From: the human T2T-CHM13v2.0 reference genome, Homo sapiens
DNA length: 64,000 nt
Reading direction: 5' to 3' (one strand)
Assembly (NCBI RefSeq): GCF_009914755.1
Contig: NC_060929.1
Part shown: in pieces, positions 57,624 to 64,000 of the stretch
Numbering within the stretch: position 1 is the first letter of the stretch
How the letters are laid out: each line of letters starts with the position of its first letter
The notes under the pieces: model-generated
The model's input: the letters and a program-made list of their open reading frames with translations, nothing else
The model's database searches: none
Told to the model about the DNA's origin: nothing
Made by a program: the position numbers and the translations under genes

Positions 57624-59099
57624 AGGTTGGAAGCAGCTCTGGAATAAAGGAGAAAACCACCATAATGGAAAGAACCAGGTTTGAATCTTGATTGATCCCC
57701 TAATAGATAATCGCTTTGGGCAATTCAGATCCTATAGTTATGTCTTTTCTCAGGATAATTATAAACACCAGGTTAAATGAGCATGTGGAATGGCACAGCA
57801 TTTTGTAGTTTATATGATATGACAAAGGACTCCAGAAATCCTCTAAGTCCAGCCCTCCACTCCCCAGTGAGTGACCCTCCTGTCTCTGACTCTGTGGCAA
57901 GGGGACGGTGGAAGGTAGGGCTCTGGGGTCAGGAGATCCATGTGTCAACAGCCTCTGTCTGCCGAGTGATAGGAGATTTCTTGGTTGGTCCCTGGGCATT
58001 ATTCTAGTACAGACAAGTAGAACTAAATTAATACAATTTCCACATTCTATTAGAGAATTGTCAAGCAATGTTTTTCTTCCTTGGCCCTTCTCTGATTTTC
58101 ATTTCCCTTCCTTCTTTCCTTCCTCTTCATATAACACAGAGCCTCAGAGGGAGGGAAGGAAGTCAGCAAATTTTGGTCAAAATTGCTCCCCTGGAAATCT
58201 GTCAATGATGTTTATTAATTTAATAACAGGTACAGCACATGAATTCTTTCTTTTAGTCCTCATCAAAACCTTGCAGAATAAAAATTGTTGCCATTTTATA
58301 GCTGAGGAAACTAGTCTCAGAGTAGTTAAGTAATTTACCTTGTTCACAGTCACAGCTGGCAGGTGGCAGAGTGCAGATTTAGATACAGCTCAAATTCTGA
58401 CCTAAGATTAGAATGATTATATTTTGCTTCATTCCTTACATAGATCATTTCCCCACATATATGTGGTGTGTGAGAATTATGTGTGTGCACACACTTGCAT
58501 GCATATATACACTTTCCCTTCCCCCCCCGGAACTGACTTCCTTCCTAAGCTTCTGTTTTGTTGTTGGTGCTGTCATAACTCTTGGAAGACATGGGGTTAC
58601 TTTGATTTTTATTTCAATAGCAATGTGACCTTAATTCATGTATGCCCAGCACTATTTTCACATGGTTGTTTGAGAGTTCAAAAGAGTCTATAACATTGTT
58701 TGTGGAGAAAATACTTTATCATACATGAAACACAATTCTGCTTCTAGAAGATATGGGGTCAAAATAAAGGAGTTTGTTGGGGGGGAGGAAATGAGGATTA
58801 ACACTGGGGTCATTTCTCTTTGCAAACACACCTGGCAACATTAGATGGACATATTCTTTGTTAAAGTCGGAAATATTTTTCTACTGGAGCAAACCAGAAC
58901 ATGTTCCTGTTGTTTTTCTGGAGGTACTTCCTCAAAGTCCAACAGAATTAAAGTATTGTACTTCATCACACACACTTACTAAGATGTGTGCTTAAAGTCC
59001 AAACACAACACTCTCCCATCAGAAGCATCCTTAAGGCCTCTGAGGGCTGTATCTGAAGTCCCTTCTCATCCTCACTGTGCTCATTGCCCATTAATCATC

Positions 59100-59590
59100 G
59101 CAAGTGTTGAGTTGCTGAAAGAACCCACACAGTTTACATAGGACTCAAAACAGTTTACATTGGTGGAACAGCTTTATTACAGGCAGAGGAAACAGTACAG
59201 CCACACAGAAGAAGGATAGGCATGGAAAGGGGTCCTGAGATCTCAGGCGCAGGCCTCTTTGGCCTCCCACTACTGGGCTGCACAGTGTGCACATTGTCTC
59301 CAGGCCTCTAACTACCAGCAGTGTATGTGTGTTGCAGCTTGATGCCAGGAAGCTCAACTTTTGTCTGTGGTGGTGATGGTCTCTCATAGAAGGTGAGCTG
59401 GTCACAGACACTTTCTAGCTATGTGATAGGCGTAACCTTTGAAAATCACCTTCCTCACTCCTGCAGGCTCTACCAAAACCAGGTGCAACATCAATCCAAT
59501 GATTTTTACTAAACAGTGCTAACAGGCAGATATATCCTGCTCTGAAACAACTGATGGATCCATAATATAGAATGTCACTTATTGCCAATT
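59100..59590 (-). mobile_element. Degenerate LTR (MER21/MER68/MER77-like)
   Basis: Weak resemblance only (tttattacaggcagagga...aggcgcagg). Confidence 0.35.
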
Positions 59591-59603
59591 AATAGATTCC
59601 ATG

Positions 59604-59838
59604 GGCTGGGCACAGTGGCTCACACCTATAATCCTTGCACTTTGGGAGGCTGAGGCAGGCTGATTGCTTGAGCCCAGGAGTTTGAGACCAGCCTGGGCAA
59701 TGGGGTGAACCCTGTCTCTACTAAAAATACAAAAAAATTAGCCAGGTGTAGTAGCACTCACCTGTAGTCCCATGTTCGTGCCACTGGAATCCAGCCTGGG
59801 TATCAGAATGAGACCCTGTTTCAAAAAAAAAAAAAAAG
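59604..59838 (+). mobile_element. Alu with an internal deletion in the right arm
   Basis: CCTGTAGTCCCA joins directly to TCGTGCCACTG; polyA present. Confidence 0.8.
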
Positions 59839-61899
59839 GATTCTGTGTCATTGTCCAAGCCTCAGTGGCTCTCTAGGCATGCAAATTGCCAGTTAACATC
59901 AGGTGAAATTAACTCACGCTAAGTACTTCTTGGCTTGAATTCCTGAGCCCAGCTGCTAAGGGGTGGTTCAAGAATACTACTAGGAAGAGCTGAATGCCTC
60001 TGCTGCCAATAGCCATCCTCTTTAGGTCCCTGATTTGGTGACTTCTAGGGCTAGGGTGTGAGTCCAGGCACATCCCTGAACTGAGTGAAGTTGGAGTTGA
60101 TTTCCACCCGTCACAGTGCTCGTGAGGGAACATATATCCTGGGCTGTTTTTAGAGCAGGAGATAATGCATCTCATTTTCCTTTACTACCCTTGAAGTGTG
60201 CCTCTCTTTCATGTGCCCCTGTTTTTGTCCTAAGTGAACTGTCTTTCTATGCTGAACTTGTTTTTACTATTAATATCAGTAATTTCAGATCCCCAAGTAA
60301 CATATGAGCTTTATAATAGTTTGAGAATAGTTAAGAGAATGAGGACTATTTGGCTTGGAACAAAAACACCTTAGGGAAGGATATAAGAGGTCTTCAAAGA
60401 TTTGAAGAGCCGTTACATGGAAGGAATTAAGCTTAGTTTGATTTTTCTACTAAGAGCAGTGGGTAGACGTCCCACCAATGGGTAGAAGTTGAGGAATTCA
60501 GTTGAAGAGAAGGAAGAACACCCATCAGTGATAGCTGGCTAAGGGGCATGTTGCTTAGTGGGTTATGAGCACTCAGGCAGAACGATCAACTGTCTGGAAT
60601 ATCAAAGAGTGGATTCCTGCTTTAGGTTCTAGATAGATGGTGTTTAAACTGTGTTTCTGAGTACTGGAATTCCATGGAGGTGCCTGAAGGTCAATGTGGG
60701 ATCCAACAGGAAGGCCAAGTGGGCATACATTCAAACCCCTATCTCATTTCATCACACTAGCTCAATTTTTATCTATATTACACATTGGATTCCATATTAT
60801 AATTTATTTGATAAAACACCTTCTATGGTCAAATAATGTTTGAAAACTAGAAAACCTCTAAGATTCAAGTCTGAATATGTGACCCAGGGTGATCCCAAAG
60901 CCTACAAGTCCTCCATTCTTTCAGGGTCCCCTTTCTTTTACTATTTAAATACTGATGTGATGTTGACTGCAAGACATTCTGTTTCCTATCCCAAATTTCC
61001 AAGAATTCCTGTAGGCAATTACATTTTCCTGGTTAACACCTCTGACCTCCTGCTTCCAAATGCTCCTCCTCACCCCTAGCCATCTCATCATTACTTCTTA
61101 ATGTTCCCCTAGGCCCATTTGGTCTGCATCATCCCAAAACATGGACATGGTGCTCCTTTGATTCCTTAAGGCAGTGCTAACACAAGGCTGCCATCGTTAG
61201 TGGTTAACATGGCTTTTCTTTAAGACTTGGGGTGACTGAGGGCAAGTTTTCATACATAAAACTTCATACATAAACATGAAGCTCGATGGAAAACATCCAG
61301 CATTGTAAGGAGCCCCTTCTGAACTTTTCTTCACCCCATTTTCCTGCATATTGAACAGACTACTCCATTTTATATTATTCTGTAAGTTTTAGCCTCTGCT
61401 CAAGCTTTGGTTTTTCAGAGCAGGCAATGAAATGAGAAAACACCAAACATTAAAAACACCTCTCTTACCAGTATAGACATCTTTCATAATTTTATGACAG
61501 CAAAATTTTGCACCCCTTATCTGTGTCTCTGCTATCCTTCCCAAGTGTTAGGCTTCTCTCTGCAGAACTAAAAGGCCCATTAAAGCAATTCTCCCAACCA
61601 AAGCACATTCCTCTTCCCAAGATGAATTTGGTCATTACCTCCGAGGATGGTTTTAGAATCCCCTTAGCATCTCCCCTTTTGTGGTTTTCTGTAGAAGTAG
61701 CCAATGATGAGAAATTCTTTTTCAACCTAACTGGACTTCATTTTGGGTTGCCCCAATACCATGAAGAACTTTATTCTTTGAAGGATTTCAAGGAGAAATG
61801 ATACCGGTCTAGAGTCAACATGCTACTTTAAGATTTTATAACTTAGGGGGAAGGGGTTAAAATAATTAAGAAAAAGAAAAAGTGGTGAAGGAGAAGCAC

Positions 61900-62650
<751 letters not shown>

Positions 62651-64000
62651 AGAATTTGCTTTTCCAGTGTTTGGGTATCATGTTTTTCAATATCAAATGG
62701 GGGGTTTTATAAAGGCCTCCTGGCCTGGCCTTTTGCCATTTTCAGCTTCTGCAGAAAAGTGCTGAAAGGGCTGTATGGGTGGGAGAGAAGAACAGGCATT
62801 CTTTGTCTCATTCTCAGCTCTGTCCAGGATCCCTGTGGCCCTGCTCACTTCCTGCTTTCAAGAGGAGCAGCTGCTGCTGATTGGTTGCTATTAGGACCAG
62901 CCTAGAGCCAAACTAGGGGGAAAAAAAACCCTGCTATTTTACCCGGGCTGACTTTGGGCTGAATTGAGTCTGTTTGTCCACTATGAAACGTTGGCAACCA
63001 CCAAGAGTGGAGAAAAATACAAGCACATTTGAATGTTTCGTATCTTTTTAACTGTGTGATTTTACAGTTACAGAGAAGATGAGATAATGACATAATCTAG
63101 GGAGACTATCTGGCCAAACAGGCCTCATATGTGTGTATCTATGTGTGCATGTGAGTGTGTGTATATATTTCATATGTGTGAACATGTTTGTGTGTATCTA
63201 TATGTATACGTGTGTGCATTCATGTGGGGAGGTAGAGGGATGGGAAGAGGTAAATTATCATGACAATTCAGGGATGGTTTTCCCACTGAAGAGTCCAAAA
63301 CTGGACTTGGGAGAGCGTTTAAAGGTTGTCAGATCCATGGTACTCAGTCACATTAATCAAGCTCACAAAAGACTAATTAATAATTCAGAATGCCATTTGC
63401 TTAATTTATAGTGAGAGATCAAATTGCCAAGGGGGCTGGGGAATGCATATCTGCTAGTCAGGGGATTCTTTCGCTAGGACCCTGAGCTCCAGGCCCTGCA
63501 GGCACCCACATTTGGGGCTGGGCTGCACAGACTGCTTGAGGCTGCCTACCTGTCAAACTCCACATTCTCAAGAGAACAGATGTATCTTCACGAGGGAAGC
63601 CTGTGATAGTCAAAAAGATTGTTTGGTGATCAAGGCAAGGCACGTGGATGGTGTGAATGGCCAACATTATTGAACTGCACGGCCAGCCGTGTGGCCCAGA
63701 TAGTTGGTTTTGCTGGTCGGAGTACTTTCTTCCTGCATCAGCACTGGGCTTCCCTGAGAAATCCTGATACTTTGCCGCGGTCTGTCTATTCAGTCTGACT
63801 TCTTACATTCACAATTCCCTAAAAAAAGATGTCTGAGGACTATTTCCCAGACTATAGTTTTCTTTTTTATTTAGTGAATACTTGATTAGATTTCTGGGCC
63901 CTCCCCCTCCTGCTTTTGATCTGAAAACTATTGTGCCTGTTATGGTAACCTTTGTGGATGATAGAACTTCATTTATTATGTGAAGATCGTGCTAACTTAA

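Overview
Human (primate) genomic DNA covering the 3' part of CMYA5 (myospryn/TRIM76) on the + strand. Ten coding exons (probably exons 4-13) splice in frame via GT-AG junctions into a 491-aa C-terminal segment (coiled coil, two FN3 domains, B30.2/SPRY) ending ...[11 protein letters not shown], followed by a 3'UTR with AATAAA at 56124. The 25.8-kb intron that splits the second FN3 domain holds two full-length LINE-1s antisense to the gene. One is an old disrupted L1PA7/8-like copy (19924-26654) with a nested Alu. The other is a young L1HS of pre-Ta (ACG/G) type (34809-40857) with open ORF1, ORF2 and antisense ORF0 and a 16-bp TSD. The rest is ordinary repeat landscape (Alu, MIR, L2, L1M, MaLR/ERVL LTRs, Tigger and hAT elements). 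I cannot demonstrate a wholly new system. The most interesting reads are: (i) both ORF0 splice donors of the L1HS are phase-matched to downstream CMYA5 exons, predicting L1-antisense-promoter-driven ORF0-FN3/SPRY fusion proteins and a 'gene-breaking' layout; (ii) the otherwise intact ORF2p carries Y414S in the PCNA-binding PIP box; (iii) a tail-less Alu fragment is flanked by a ~47-bp duplication. Repeat subfamily names and reference-protein comparisons come from recalled consensus sequences, not searches.
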